Shown here one piece after another: positions 1 to 13,673 of a stretch of 64,000 nt of DNA. The DNA is from Octopus vulgaris. Taxonomy: Eukaryota. Every line of letters begins with the position of its first letter. The stretch's first letter is position 1. Location of the stretch: positions 70,556,001 through 70,620,000 of the forward strand of contig OX597819.1 of assembly GCA_951406725.2 (NCBI GenBank). Reading direction: 5' to 3'. Both the position numbers and the translations under genes were made by a program. The notes under the pieces are model-generated. The model saw nothing but the letters and a program-made list of their open reading frames with translations. It was not told where the DNA came from and did no database searches.

Positions 1-1669
1 GGCAGTGCTCCAGCAGGGTCACAGTCAAATGACTGAAACAAGTAAAAGAGTAAATGTTGGTTTGTTTATGGCCCCCATAACTTAGTGGTTTGGCAACAAG
101 AGACCGATGGAATAAATGCCAGGCTTAAAAAAAAATAAGTACTGAATTTGATTGGTTTGACTAAACCCTTTATGTTGGTGCCCCAGCATAGCTGCAGTCC
201 TATGACTAAAACAAATGAGAAAAAAAAACAAGGAAAATTTATATTTCTTCATTTATTAAGTCTAATTGCATGAGTGTGTGATTGGCAGTGATTTTCAGTT
301 ACAACACACAAAATACTCCACAATATGAAAATAGTGAGGGTGTATAATATATTTCAATGATGATCCTACTAACAAACAACAATCATGGCTCCAAGTTCCC
401 TGCCATGCAGAGCCTTGCACTTTTTAGATGGACATATTGACTTAAGTCTACAACATGTCTGTCTGAAGAGTGTAAGGTTTTCCTTTGCATGAAACTCAGA
501 AGCATGCTTTTTGCTCTTTAGTTATGATTGTCTTGAAATTCTGTGTGTGTGAAAGACTTTTCTATAATGAAGTATGGAGTGAGAGAATGAGAGGGAATGA
601 TAGATGCTGATAAGCATGTTTGCTTGCAGTTTGTATATATTCCTGTATACACACCAGAAGAATAGATAAGCTCATGTCAATTGAAAGACAAGACTATCTT
701 CCCTGCCATCTGTGCAAGAAAGTCTATACTTGACTCTAATATTTAGGGATTGTAAAAAGGAATAACAAAAGGTGTCTTTATTATGTTTATTGATATTTTT
801 TTGAGTGAGTGTGAGGTGGGACCCCACACTGTAAATACAGAAAGAGAGAGAGAGAGAGAAGAGAATTGGGTTGCAAAACTTTCAGCTTTAAACATTTTAT
901 TCTCTATTATCTGTTTTATATATGATAGCTGCAGGTTTACTTCCCTACTACATGGTTTCAGGTTCAGTCCCACTGTGTGGCACCATGGGCAAGTGTCGAC
1001 CAAAACCTTGTGAGTGGATTTGGTTGACAAGCTGAAAGATGCCTGTCTTGTGTGTGTGTGTGTGTGTGTGTATGTGAACTTTTGTCTTGACATCACATGA
1101 CTGTAAACAAGCATTATGATCATCAGACAAGGGATGTTGTTCACATCCAGTCTTCCATGGCAAACATGTCTGACCTAGGGGAAACATCGCCTGCAGGGAA
1201 ACAGACGAGTGTTGGTAACAGGAAGAGCATCCAGCCATAAAAAAAATTTACCCCAACAAATTTCCTCTGAGTCATGCAAGCATAGGAATATGGATATTAA
1301 ATGATGGTGATGTTCAGCTGAGAGAAATTACATCAATAGACATGTCTCCATATATAAAAACATCCATTTATGAACACACACACATTTATGCATTTATAAA
1401 CACATACATGTACACATAAATAATTACAAGAAACGTAAACATTTTATGAATGACTGCATCTATAGTTTAATTATTGCATTTTTTCCCCTAAATAATTATT
1501 CAAATCATCATATTGTTCTTCTAAATCTTTTTTTTTTTTTGCCTATAATGTAGAGGAGCAAACCAACTTAATATTTTTAACATTAAAGAAGAATGTTGTA
1601 GCTTTGCTTGAAGCATTGTGATAAAGAAGTAAAATAATAATAATAATAATAAATGAAATAATGATAATA

Positions 1670-1928
1670 ATAATAATGAAGATGGAGAACTTACAATACG
1701 AAAATGAGAAAGTTTTATAACTTTCAGATGTTTTGGGCATGAAGACTCATCAGAAGTAAAACAGTCAAGAATTGCGAGTCTATGCAGTGTTAGCCACATT
1801 GACTCACATTTCTTGACTGTTTTACTTCTGACGATGGGACTTTGTGTTCAAAATACCTAAAGGTTATTAATTGTTTCTCTTTTCGTATTGTAAGAAGCTG
1901 TCTGTCTTCAATATTTTTGTTGTTGTTA
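1670..1928. repeat. long imperfect inverted repeat
   Basis: cttacaatacgaaaa/ttttcgtattgtaag plus a perfect 22-bp core tcagaagtaaaacagtcaagaa/ttcttgactgttttacttctga. Confidence 0.85.
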
Positions 1929-2072
1929 ACATTAGTTGTATTTAATGACTAAATTCCGGGAGAACTTGCTTCATATATTTCTTATCTTCCAACATTTTCT
2001 TTATAACCTAAGTTTGTTTACATTATAAAAATTCAGAAACTCCAAGAGATATGAAGTAAATTATTTTTAATA

Positions 2073-2206
2073 GGTGCAGGAGTGGCTGTGTAGTAAGTAG
2101 CTTGCTTCCCAACCACATGGTTCTGGATTCAGTCCCACTGTGTGGCACCTTGGGCAAGTGTCTTCTACTATAGCCTCGGGCCGACCAAAGCCTTGTGAGT
2201 GGATGA

Positions 2207-2247
<41 letters not shown>

Positions 2248-2490
2248 CACATATATATATATATATGTGTGTGTGTATATGTTTGTGTGTCTGTGTTTGT
2301 CCCCCCCAACATTGCTTGACAGCTGATGGTGGTGTGTTTACGTCCCTGTCACTTAGCGGTTCGGCAAGAGCGACCGATAGAATAAGTACTAGACTTACAA
2401 AGAATAAGTCCTGGGGGTCGATTTGCTCGACTAAAGGCGGTGCCCCAGTATGGTCACAGTCAAATGACTGAAACAAATAAAAGAATAAAA
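2073..2490 (+). mobile_element. tRNA-derived SINE, family A (full length)
   Basis: A box TGGCTGTGTAG, B-box-like ggattcagtccc, internal (TA)n and a tail ending aaatgactgaaacaa. Many copies in the window. Confidence 0.85.
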
Positions 2491-3845
2491 AGAGTTAAAG
2501 TAGATAAAGCTATGAATAACAGTTTGTAAAAGCTCCTTGGATGGAAAAAAGTCAAAGTCTGCCCATGGTACAGACATAATGGTATAATGGTTAAAATGTC
2601 TAATGTTTTCAGATGTGGGTTCACATCCTATGTGCAGTCTTTGACATCTTTCCATCCAAGGTGTTTTTTTAACCCATTTATTCTACATGCGGTTAATAGA
2701 AAGAATTATTTATAACTTTGTCCTCTTCAATTTCCACCATTAAAAACTTTATTTTACACTGTCATCATCTTATAAACCTTACTGGTAAGAAGAAAAAAAA
2801 GCTTCAGATGGAAGGAGGAAATCTAAAGTGTTGCTTTGGTATAAATGGCCAGAACATCTTTCATGTTCACAGAAGATGTGGGTTTGAGTCCCATGGGCAG
2901 AATTTGACCCTTTTTTTTTCCCATCGAAGGAGTTTTTTTCAACTTAACATTCCTTATGCTATTATTTTAGATCTATTTTTACTTTACGTTTCATCATTAA
3001 AAATGATTTACCTCCACACTAAATAATTTTTAATGAATTTATTTAGATAAAAATTTAAATTACATAAATTTAGAAATTTGGCATGAAAATATTTTTGAGG
3101 CATTGATCTTCTATATTTTCCAGTTTAAAATAATTCATTGAAGTTTTATTTGACACCACAGAATAATTACTTATGGAGTAATTTTGGTAAAGCAATATTT
3201 TGGTGGTGGTGGAGTGTCTTATATTCAACAACAAAGATTTAAGTTGATCAATCAACTGAATTACCTGCTCCTGTATATATGATTGAATACTTCAGACATG
3301 TGTACCCCTTGATGTAATTCCCAGGCAGAATCTGTGACACAGCATGTGTGATGTTTTTTGTTTTGAATGACAGGTAAAATCCACCTGACAGTCTTCTGTA
3401 GAATTTCCATCTACCCAATTTCATTTCTAAAGTAGTGGTTGAACTAATGCTGTAAAAATGGCATTTTCCCAAGATGACACACAGAAGGATTGAACCAAGG
3501 ACCTTGTGGTTATGAAGCAAACTTCTAAGCCATATGACCATACAGCACCAAGCTACTATTACTGTAGTTTTTACAGTCCAAAATGTTGTTAGATTCTCCA
3601 AATTAACAATTGCAAGAAACACTCTTTATGGTTAGCATGTTTATACTTTTAAACCTCTCACAAGATTTTTAAATTCCAGTGAATGGAATGAACAATGGAA
3701 GGCTTTAAAAAGAGACACAGACCCAAAAATCGATATCCATTTCTTTTAGTGACTTTGCATTAGACAGAACAAGACAGGTGCTGCTACAGCGTTTCTAGTC
3801 TTCACTATTAATAAAGCATTATTACTCTGACTGTTATGCAATTTA

Positions 3846-4219
3846 TCTCCTAATATAATAATGAGCGTAGTGTTTTTATATATTTATGTGTGTGTGTGTG
3901 TGTAGATATATATATATATATATATTTGTCCAGAATCATGCTGGACATGGAGGAAGGAGAGAAAATAGTAATTCAGTGAAGGAGAAGTAGTGTGAGTAAT
4001 AGCCCTGACTGGGAGGGAGTGGAAGAAAGTAATAACAATGAGAGAAAGGAAAGGGTGAAAAAAGAAATCACCGTTTCTACTCTGTATGAGTATATTTGTG
4101 TATGTGTGTGTGTGCATATATAAGGGAAGTATGTGAATATTTGTGTGATTATTATGTAGCTTATTTATATATAAAATACTACAACTAGCCATCATTATTG
4201 ACAGCATGTGGTCAGCTAA
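3846..4219 (+). mobile_element. non-autonomous Helitron (short copy)
   Basis: Same 5' end (A|TCTCCTAATATAATAATGAG), decayed subterminal hairpin and CTAA|T end. Confidence 0.7.
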
Positions 4220-7200
4220 TTAGTTTTATAAAAGGCTGTGTAGAAATAATGCATGGAATAGTAAGTAGAGAATCAGACTAAATGTTTTAGAGCATTTATC
4301 TCCCTTCTTCTCAGTTCCAAATTCAAAATCTGGCCAAAATCAGCTTGACCTTTCATCCTCGCTCTTACACTAGGTGATAGAGTGAATACCAGTAATAAAT
4401 CAGGGGGTCATCAATGTAATCAATAATAATCTTTCTTTTCAGCAAATGGCCCTGTGCCTCTTTATCAATCTATTATATTTTATAGAAATTTTATTTTCTT
4501 AATTTCATTTTCAGAATAATTAATAATAATAACAATAATACTTTCTGTATTAAATGAATACTTGCAGTGTTATTTTTTTTTTAGGGGAATTTGTCATCTC
4601 CTGTTTAAAGCTGGTTATCGCTCATAAGTCAATTGAAAGAAGATAAATAGTTACTTTCTTTTGAGTTTGGTCTGCAAGATTCTTGATGTGAATTTCCGTG
4701 TGGAAACAGATTTTGTGGTATCTTGGAATGGTATGTTTATTATAGGCATAATGATCTTCCCAAGAAACAACAAAATTAATATGTCAATATTCACCTCGTT
4801 CATTTGCTAACCCTCAATGTTTTTGTTTTTTTGGGGGTTTTTTTGTAGCCCTTTGTTTTGTGAATATTGATAGTATCATGTGTTTGGAACTTTTTTTTTT
4901 TCTTTTATCATTACAATTGACTTTGAAAGTTACCCTTCTGGAACTTGAAACTGCCTTCATTGTATTCTGAAATTTGTACCTGGAAGGTTTAACTGGTACT
5001 GCTGAAAATTTGAAGAACACGAAAGAAAATAAAAGAATAGAATGAAAATATAAGAAAAAAACAAACAAAGCTATTTTTGTCCAAATGCCCCATGTCTAAC
5101 GCCATGGTAATATAAACAAGATTTCCCATCTTTTACAACAGGTTCAAGGTATTTGTTGAGATTAAAATGACAAGCTGGAACCTTTTTTTTTTTTCTCTTT
5201 TTTGAGACAACAGCAACAGAAGAAAATAGAAATAAAGTGTGGTGTTAATTATAATAATTAACTCAATGAAACACCTGCTGCTAATATGATCGACTGTCAT
5301 ATCAACGTAATGACTCAGTACCTCTGATGTTGAGACTTTTAAAACTTTGGATATTTTTTATTAATAAAACATTACGAAATACGAAAAGAAATAAATTTCA
5401 AGGTAAACAGAGATGACTTTCAAAGAAAGTCTTAAATGGTTTTCTGTCTTTGGAAAAAAAAAAGATGAGAAGAAACAAAAGATAGTTTTTCGGTTTTTTT
5501 TTTTTTGCTGCAGAAAGCTAAATTTTGTTTATTTTTATTCTATTTATTATTTTTTTTGTAATGAGGTGCCTGCATAGAAAAGCCTTCACTGCTGCTGATA
5601 TATATATATATATACATATATATGGTATGTATATATATGTGTGTTATGTATAAATAACTACAGATTTTTTTTTCTCAATTTTAAAATATATTTTATCATT
5701 TTGTAAATCTATGTAAATACAAATTTTTTTCACATCAATTGGATTTTGTCTTTGTAAAATTATTTCAAAATATATGTTCTGTTTATGTGTGTGTGTGAGT
5801 GTACAAACCTCATATAGATATATACACACACCTATGTCTGTGAAGAACAAGTTTAATTCATACAAAATTGAGGTAAATTCAAAAGCAACAGGCTATTCAA
5901 ATCAACCAGACTTTTGGGGGGGGGGAGACAGGTCGACTGGCCTGCCTTACATTGAAGTACTTGGCTAACAGTCCTAATGGGAACACAAAGAAAAGAGAAT
6001 TAATCACTCATCAACTGGAGCTGGTTTGAAAATATCCCTTAGAAAGCTAAAGGATGGCTCAATATAGCAATAATTTAGTATTTTCATTAAAAGCAAAAAG
6101 TGTTGAACATGAAAGACATTTCCATGCCATTCAAAAACACATTGCCTTCTTGGATATCTCTAAGCTGTTGTCAAAAACATGGAAAAACTAACCCAGTTTA
6201 AGCACAACAACATAATCAACCCATAAACAGTTATTTCTTCCGGTTGGTAAGTGGCAGTGAATGTTTTGTTACAGGAAGGATTCACATTTAAAGCTGGATA
6301 TAACAACAAAACATTTAATTCTGATAACTATCTTAAACAATCACAAAATATTTTGTTCTGATAATAACCATAAGATATTTCATTCTGATAAATACCTTTA
6401 AAGCTAGATTTAACCTCAAATTATATAGTTCTGATAATGAATGACCTTTAAAACTTACAATTCTTGCTATGAGAAACTACTTCAAAAAATAATAATAAAT
6501 TTAAATATAGTTGTAGGTTATGCAGGAAATTTTTTGAACCTGGGTTCTCATTTCTAAGGTATTTTTCGATTATTATTATTATTATTATTCAGGTTACTGC
6601 CTGGAATCAAACTCGAAATCTTGGGGTTAGTAGCCCACACTTTTAACCACTACGCCATATGACCATGGAAGATAAATGTTAATAGTTACTTAAAATATAT
6701 CACTAATAAAAAAAAAATCAAGTTACAATATTGATATGTAGGGATGATTGTCTGTTTGAGATGTTTTCTTTGCAGTCCTGTGATTTTAGATTTGATGCCA
6801 TTGCGAAATTCCTTGGGACCCAAGAAACATCACTGACGATGCAACCCATAGCATCCATGTTGACAACTGGTGTTGGTGTGTTTATGTCCCTGTAACTTAC
6901 CAGTTTGGCAAAAGAGACTGATAGAGAGTACCAGGCTTACAAAGAAAGAGAATAAATTCTGGGATTAGTTCATTTGATTAATAAAATTCTTCAATGGAAC
7001 AAATCAACCCTCAGGACTTATTCTATTAGTCTCTTTTGCCGAACCTCTAAGTTTTGGGGATGTAAACACACCAACATAGGTTGTCAAGCGATGGTGGGGC
7101 GATAAAGACAAACATACACACACATATATACGATGGGCTTCTTTCAGTTTCCTCTACCAAATCTACTCAAGGCTTTAGCCAGCCTGAGGCTATAGTAGAA

Positions 7201-7301
7201 GACACTTGCTCAAGGTGCTATGAAGTGGGACTGAACCCAGAACCATGTGGCTGGAAAGCAAGGTCACTCCTGCACCTATGTGTATCTTCCACTATTATAT
7301 A

Positions 7302-7524
7302 CAATAACCTCTCGTCATATTGTGGTTCACCTATCATGGTTAATTGTTTAAGCTTACATCAATTCTTCCATGGTGTTGTTTTGCATGTATAATAAAATAA
7401 ATATATACAAATTATAAAGATAATTAAAAAATATATGGAGTACAGTACTATTTCTACTTCATGGATTTTCATCTCTCATGGGATGTTTTGGAATGTAATA
7501 CCCACAATAGTCAAGGGATTGCTA
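7302..7524. mobile_element. CpG-decayed copy of the pogo/Tigger-like MITE
   Basis: Colinear similarity with 60025-60261 (ggttcaccta, tgttgttttgcat, tacagtact, tttctacttc). Confidence 0.7.
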
Positions 7525-8168
7525 TACCAGCAAAAGAGCATCGAGAAAAACTGATAAACTGGTACTTTCAGACAGCACTCTCCAAGAATTGTCTTGAACC
7601 AATGAGTGACTCATTTGAAACTTCTCAGCTATAAAATTGTGGTCAATAGCAAAATGTGGTTACATCTAAATGAATTAAGTGATCACAGCCAACCATTACA
7701 ATACATTATTACTGAAGACAGAGTTAAGACTGTATATATAAGAGGTAGGAGAAAATCGATATGATTGACCCCAGGAGTTAACTTGTACTTTATCAACTCG
7801 AGAGGGATTTGGACTTGGAATGGGAAAAGATGAAAGAAATGTATTAAGTCCAAATCCTGCTTGCAGTCACCTTTGCCTTTCATCCTTTCGGGGGCGAATG
7901 AAAATACCAGTCAAACAGATGGACGCATTTCATCAAATAAACAATAGGTCCAGGAGTTAAAAGGGTCCTCGTATCCATTGGAAACGATTGTTGTTCGAAA
8001 GGAGTTGGACTGGCAGAATCTTTTGAATGTTAGAGAAAAATACCTTGTGGTATTTTGTAGGATGTGCTAAACATTCTGCTAGCCTGCAGCCTTATTATTA
8101 CTACTACTACTACTACTACCAATCTCCTAATATAATAATAATGAGTGTAGTGATTTTATATATTTTGT

Positions 8169-8899
8169 CATCATCATCATCATCATAGTTTAACATCTGT
8201 TTTCCATGCTGGTATGGATTGGACGGTTTTACTGAGGTCTGGAGATCCAGCGGCTGCACCAGGTTCCAATCTGATCTGACAATGTTCAATAGCTAGATGC
8301 CCTTCCTAACGCCAACCACTCTGAGAGTATAGTGGGTTCTTTTTACGTGCCACCAGCACAGGAACCATTCAGGCGGGCCTGGCATCAATTACATTTGGAT
8401 AATGCTTTTTACGTGCCACCAGCATGAGAGCCATTCAAGCAGACCTAGTATCGACCATGTTCAGATGGTGCTTTTTACATGCTATCGGCATGGGGGCCAG
8501 TTAGAGGGCACTGGCCACAGCTATTATTTTGGTTTTACTTGACTCAATAGATGTTCTCAAGCATATTATATTACTTGACGCATCAGGGGTACTCTTAATT
8601 GCGCTGGACATGCATGACAGCGATCTCACTTTAATTTCTGGGTCTTCTCAATTACAGCTAATCTCCAAAGGTCTCAGTCATTGCCTCACTACCTCATCTC
8701 ATGTCTTCCTGGGTCTACCTCTTCCACAGGTTGCCTCCACCATTAGAGTGTGGCACTTCCTCACACAGCTATCCTCATCCATAAGTAATACATGACCATA
8801 CCAGTGCAGTCATCTCTCTTGCACACCACATTTAATGCTTCTTATGCCCAATGTTTTTCTCAGGGTGCTTACACTCTGTCGTGTATGCACACTGACATT
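8169..8899 (-). mobile_element. 5'-truncated RTE-clade LINE
   Basis: Minus strand translates ...LGIRSIKCGVQER*LHWYGHVLLMDED...CGRGRPRKT (RTE ORF2 C-terminal WxGHV/RGRP motifs). It ends in the (TGA)n tail shared by many short repeats in this window. Confidence 0.8.
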
Positions 8900-9045
8900 T
8901 GTGTATATATATATATAGTTAAAATTTACAGAAAAACAAAAGATGAAGACAGGTGTGTAAACAACAAACAGGTGTATTAGTTTAACACTCGGGAAGGTGA
9001 GAAATTCTTTTACGTTTTGAGCCTACATCCTTCATATATATATAT

Positions 9046-9331
9046 CACGTGATCACGTGACCGACCAGATCATCAGATGTTGCTACACATCACTGGTCAC
9101 AATGTGTTCGCATTGTTTTAGCCTTCGAATGACGCCACCCCACTGGCTAAGTGAGCAGGCCAACAGAAGAGTGATGAAAGATTACAGCAGGGATCACCAC
9201 CCCCTGCCGAAGCCTCGTGGAACTTTTAGGTGTTTTCGCTCAGTAAACACTCACAACGCCCAGTCTGGGAATCGAAACCACGATCCTATTACCGTGAGTC
9301 CGCTGCCCTAACCACTGGGCCATTGTGCCTC
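9046..9331 (-). mobile_element. tRNA-derived SINE, a further family
   Basis: Minus-strand head TGGCCCAGTGG ... GTTTCGATTCCC. A related 3' part lies at about 22330-22445 on the + strand. Confidence 0.75.
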
Positions 9332-9992
9332 CACACACACACACATACACACACACATATATATATATATATATCATCATCATCATCATCATCATCGTTT
9401 AACGTCCGCTTTCCATGCTAGCATGGGTTGGACGGTTCAACTGGGGTCTGGCAAGCCCGAAGGCTGCACCAGGCCAGTCAGATGTATATATTTTTGTCCA
9501 AAATCACAGAATTGGAGTAGGAGAAAGAGTGAAGGGAGAGAAAAGAAAATAGTTATTCAGTGAAGGAGAGGTAGTGAGAGAAAGTTAGGAAGTGGCAAAG
9601 AGCACATCATGTATCTTCTGTTTTTCTCTGTCACAACATATGAATGAGAAAGGAAGGGGTGACAGATGAATATCGAAGGAAGGGGTGACAGATGAATATC
9701 GAAGGAAGGGGTGAAAAAAAATCTGTTTCAACTGTGCATTAATATGTGTGTGTGTGTGCAATGGAAGTGGGATGGTGAAAGTACAATGCTGAAAAGAAAA
9801 ATCAAACTGCCTTTCAACTCTGTGTCAGTATATGTGTGTATGTGTGTGTACAAGGGGAGTATGTGAATGTTTGTATATGTGATTAATATGGACCTATTTT
9901 GTACCTTATTTATATATAAAATACTACAATTAGCTGCCATTTTTGATGGCAGAGGGTCAACTAGTAATAATAATAATAATAATAATAATAAT

Positions 9993-10414
9993 CCTTTCTG
10001 CTATGGGCACAAAGCCAGAAATTTTGGTGGAGGGGAGTAGTCAATTAGATCGACCACAGTATGCAACTGGTGCTTAATTTATCAACTCTGAAAGGATGAA
10101 AGGCAAAGTCAACCTTGGTGTATTTAAACTCAGAACATAGCAACGGGTGAAATACTGCTAAGCATTTAGCTCAATGTGCTAACAAGTCTGCCAGCTTGCT
10201 GCCTTAATAATAATAATCCTTTTTTTAATATAGGCACAAGGCCTGAAATTTGTGGGGAGGGGACTAGTCAATCACATTGACTCCAGTGTATCACATTGAC
10301 TCCAGGTACTTAATTTATCGATCCCCAAAAGAATTTGAATTCAGAACGTAGCGACGGGCGAAATACTGTTAAGCATTTCATCCAGTGTGCTAACGATTCT
10401 GCCAGCTCACCACC

Positions 10415-10416
<2 letters not shown>
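9993..10416 (-). mobile_element. two tandem family B SINEs
   Basis: Two head-to-tail reverse-complement copies separated by (AAT)n. Confidence 0.75.
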
Positions 10417-10455
<39 letters not shown>

Positions 10456-10535
10456 GCTGGTAGTGATATCATTGTTAGGGATAGTGACAACTGATAGAAG
10501 CTGAGACAGTGGAATCAATAATGACAAGATGATGG

Positions 10536-10566
<31 letters not shown>

Positions 10567-13500
10567 AATGGTGATGACAAGGCTGATAATAATGACAATG
10601 GTGATAACGGAGGGTGGTGTTGGTGGTGAGGATGATGATGATGATATTGATAGTGATGATGATGAGGAGTAGGAGGAGGTGGAAGAGGTGGAGGAGGGGG
10701 AGGCTGGTGATGACACTTATGCTACTACGACTTCAGATGTAGAGTAGTATAGTTGCTGAAGGAAGAGTTTTCACAAATCTTCTGCAAAACAACAACAACA
10801 ACAATGACACTGCTGACATCATTTGCATCAACACTGGGAATATCATTAGAATAACCTGGTTGCTATGGTGACAGTGATATTTACAACAAAGTAAAATAAT
10901 TTTTTTCTTTCTTGTTTTTTTTTCTCTTTTATAAATAACAAAAATTGTTGCCATTAAAACAAAAACAAAAAAAAAAGGTTAAAAAAAAAATAAAAGACGT
11001 ATGTTGATGCTATTAATTCTGCACGACAGGAGATAATGCAAGATGAAAAACAAAAAGTGCGTTGAAATTGTTTGCATTTATTTGTTTCTAATGAGGAATA
11101 TGTATGAACACCACATCATCTCACAATCTTGCTCTTCTCACCCTCCTCTCCTCTCTTTTATAAGACTCTGTTTGTCCTACATTAGGAATCCATATTGTGT
11201 TTGCAGCAGAGAATGTAGCAGAGTCAAAGCCTGTTCTTCATTCTCAGATGGAGCCAATTCCTTCACATAAAATGTAGCGTGCATGTGTGCATATGTGTAT
11301 GTGTGTGTGTGTGTGTGTGAATTCTATTTATCGAAAATCAGGTTTTATATTTATGCAGAAATCAGATTTTTTCTTTCATTTTCGTTTTGCTGCAACATTT
11401 AATTCATTCACACCTGGATTTCATTGATATGGTGTTGTTGTTGCTGCTTGTTTAGCCCCAGGTCAACCCCTGAACAGCAACAAACCCCTATTACCAAATG
11501 CATTCAGCCATTAGGTCCCTATTTTGTCCTTTTAAAGATGTTTCTTTTACATTTTCTTTTTTTTTTCTTTTACATGTTTCAGTCATTTGACTGCGACCAT
11601 GCTGGAGTACCACCTTTTTAGTTGAAGAAATCAACCCCAGGACTACTGGAGACAAGGTTGTGCAATTGTCTTGCTGATGATGCCTACTGAGGCAGAAACA
11701 TGTGTCCATGTGTGTGCTCTTATCTCCAGATGATAGATAGATAGATAGATAGATAGACTGACAGATAGATGAATGAACAGACAGACGGATGGATGGGTAG
11801 GTGGATGGACATGGACAGATAGATAGCAATAATGATTTTCTGCGATAGGTGCAAGGCTACAATTGTGGGAAGGTAAGAGGAAAAGGAAGAATAAGTTTTA
11901 AACTGAAACAGAGCAGTTCTCTTCCTCCTCCCCCTCAACCCATCTGCATTCTGGTCTGTATGTGTGTGTGTGTGTGTGCATGAAACAACAACAACCAGAA
12001 CTTTAATAACTGATTAGAATTCCCACTGGTTTGGGGATAGCTAGTGAGGGAATCTCTCTGACTATGACAAAACCCAAACTTAAAGAATGGTCTTTTGTAA
12101 AATATACTAGATAAAAGCACAACCGTTGGGTCGCATCAAGAGCAGCAGCAACAACAACAACAACAACAGCAGCAGCAACAATGACACTTGTGAAACTAAC
12201 AAAGACAATAGTGTTTGTGTTAGTGATAAACAATTACTTACTTTATAAGTTTACTGACGCTGATTGTATTTTAGAGAATCTCAGACACAGACAGGGGCCT
12301 CTACAGGGTCACTTGACCTGCTAGAAATAACAGTCAAATCATCCTTAAATCATGCCTTACATTTGTAAATATGGAAAAGCCATATTTACATCATATATTT
12401 CTAATACTTCTAAAAATACAGTATGGGCATAGATGGAATGCCTTCGATCATAGGTCTACTGGATTGGGGTTGACCGGGGGCTAAATGATAAGAGCAATAA
12501 CAACAACAACAACAGCAAAAGCAACACACTGATAAACAGATATGTAACAGAACCCTTTTAACCATTTTGATACCAGCCTGTAAGAGACTAACCCCTGGTT
12601 CTGTCATACAAATTTCCTGATTTAAAATAATCTAATTTAAAAATCAGCCATCAAAATTCTTTGCTAATTTATGTTCCCAGCTCCAGATCAATAATGACAA
12701 AACTATTTAACTAAACACGTTATAATTTTCAAAACTAATTAAAACAGATACCTGAAGAAATCCGTCTGTCCCGACCCTGTTGGAGCGTAAACAGCTTCCA
12801 GTAAGACATTCTAACAATCGTGCCAACTCACTTCATCAGTAATAACCATAAAACGAACGAAGTATATTTTCGGTCAAGCTGTACTAGCATCATTTACTGT
12901 AAATCAAGCAATCTTATATTAAGGAATGTAAATCCATAAGCACAAAACAATTTAACAAACACGAGGAAGAGTTTAAAACAGAAATTTCTTCAAAAAGAAA
13001 TCCAAGGAAATTTCAAGAAAAAGTTTAAGTGAAACAAGCTTTGTCTTGTGTAGTTCATAAATAATGCTGTTTTCATTGATCCGCAATTCCTAACAGAAAA
13101 ATTACTTTGATTTGCTGCAAATAACAGCAAAGTGTCAGCTGAAAATGTGATTCATTGATGAGATTTTGTAATTGTTATTGTTATCATTCGTTAATTGAAT
13201 AATTTTGATTATTTAACTTTGCAATGGAGCATCGATGTGGTTGTTCAATGTGGAAATAAATGGGCAAATAAAAATGGGTTCATACTTACTGTTGCCATAT
13301 ATATGCATATATATATAATATATGTGTGTGTGTGTCTTTGTTTGTTTCGCCCCATGGCTTGACATCCAGAGTTTGTGTGTTTACGTCCCCATAACTTAGT
13401 GGTTTGGCAAAAGAGTCTGATAGAATAAATACAAGGCTTTTAAAAGAAAACAAAGTATCAGGGTTGATTTATTCAACTAAAAATTCTATGAGGCAATGCC

Positions 13501-13673
13501 CCAGCATGACCAGAGTCTAATAACTGAAACAAGTAAAAGATAAAAGATAAAAAAGAGATAATTGCAATCTTCTCACTCCATCAAAATACATACTTTTACA
13601 AAATTTCATTTTTAAAAAATGTTTCTTTTTTCAGCAACTTATAAAACACTCAATCTGCCCCTCTCATATATTC

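Larger units (their letters stand above)
8123..9964 (+). mobile_element. non-autonomous Helitron with nested insertions
   Basis: A|TCTCCTAATATAATAA 5' end; 3' hairpin CTGCCAT-ttttg-ATGGCAG followed by CTAG|T. The termini match 3846-4219. Confidence 0.75.

Noticed and set aside
2023-2476. Recurring peptide RGYSRRHLPKVP in many ORFs, suggesting a gene family
   Set aside because: Antisense translation of SINE family A copies.
9650-9713. Short direct repeats resembling a CRISPR array
   Set aside because: Simple 26-bp tandem duplication without spacers, in eukaryotic DNA.
10390-10716. Ser-rich and hydrophobic 108-aa membrane-protein-like ORF
   Set aside because: Built from (AAT)n, (GAT)n and (GAG)n trinucleotide repeats.
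11130-11277. Possible + strand terminal exon after a pyrimidine tract
   Set aside because: Two frames are open by chance, with no homology and no clear splice partner.
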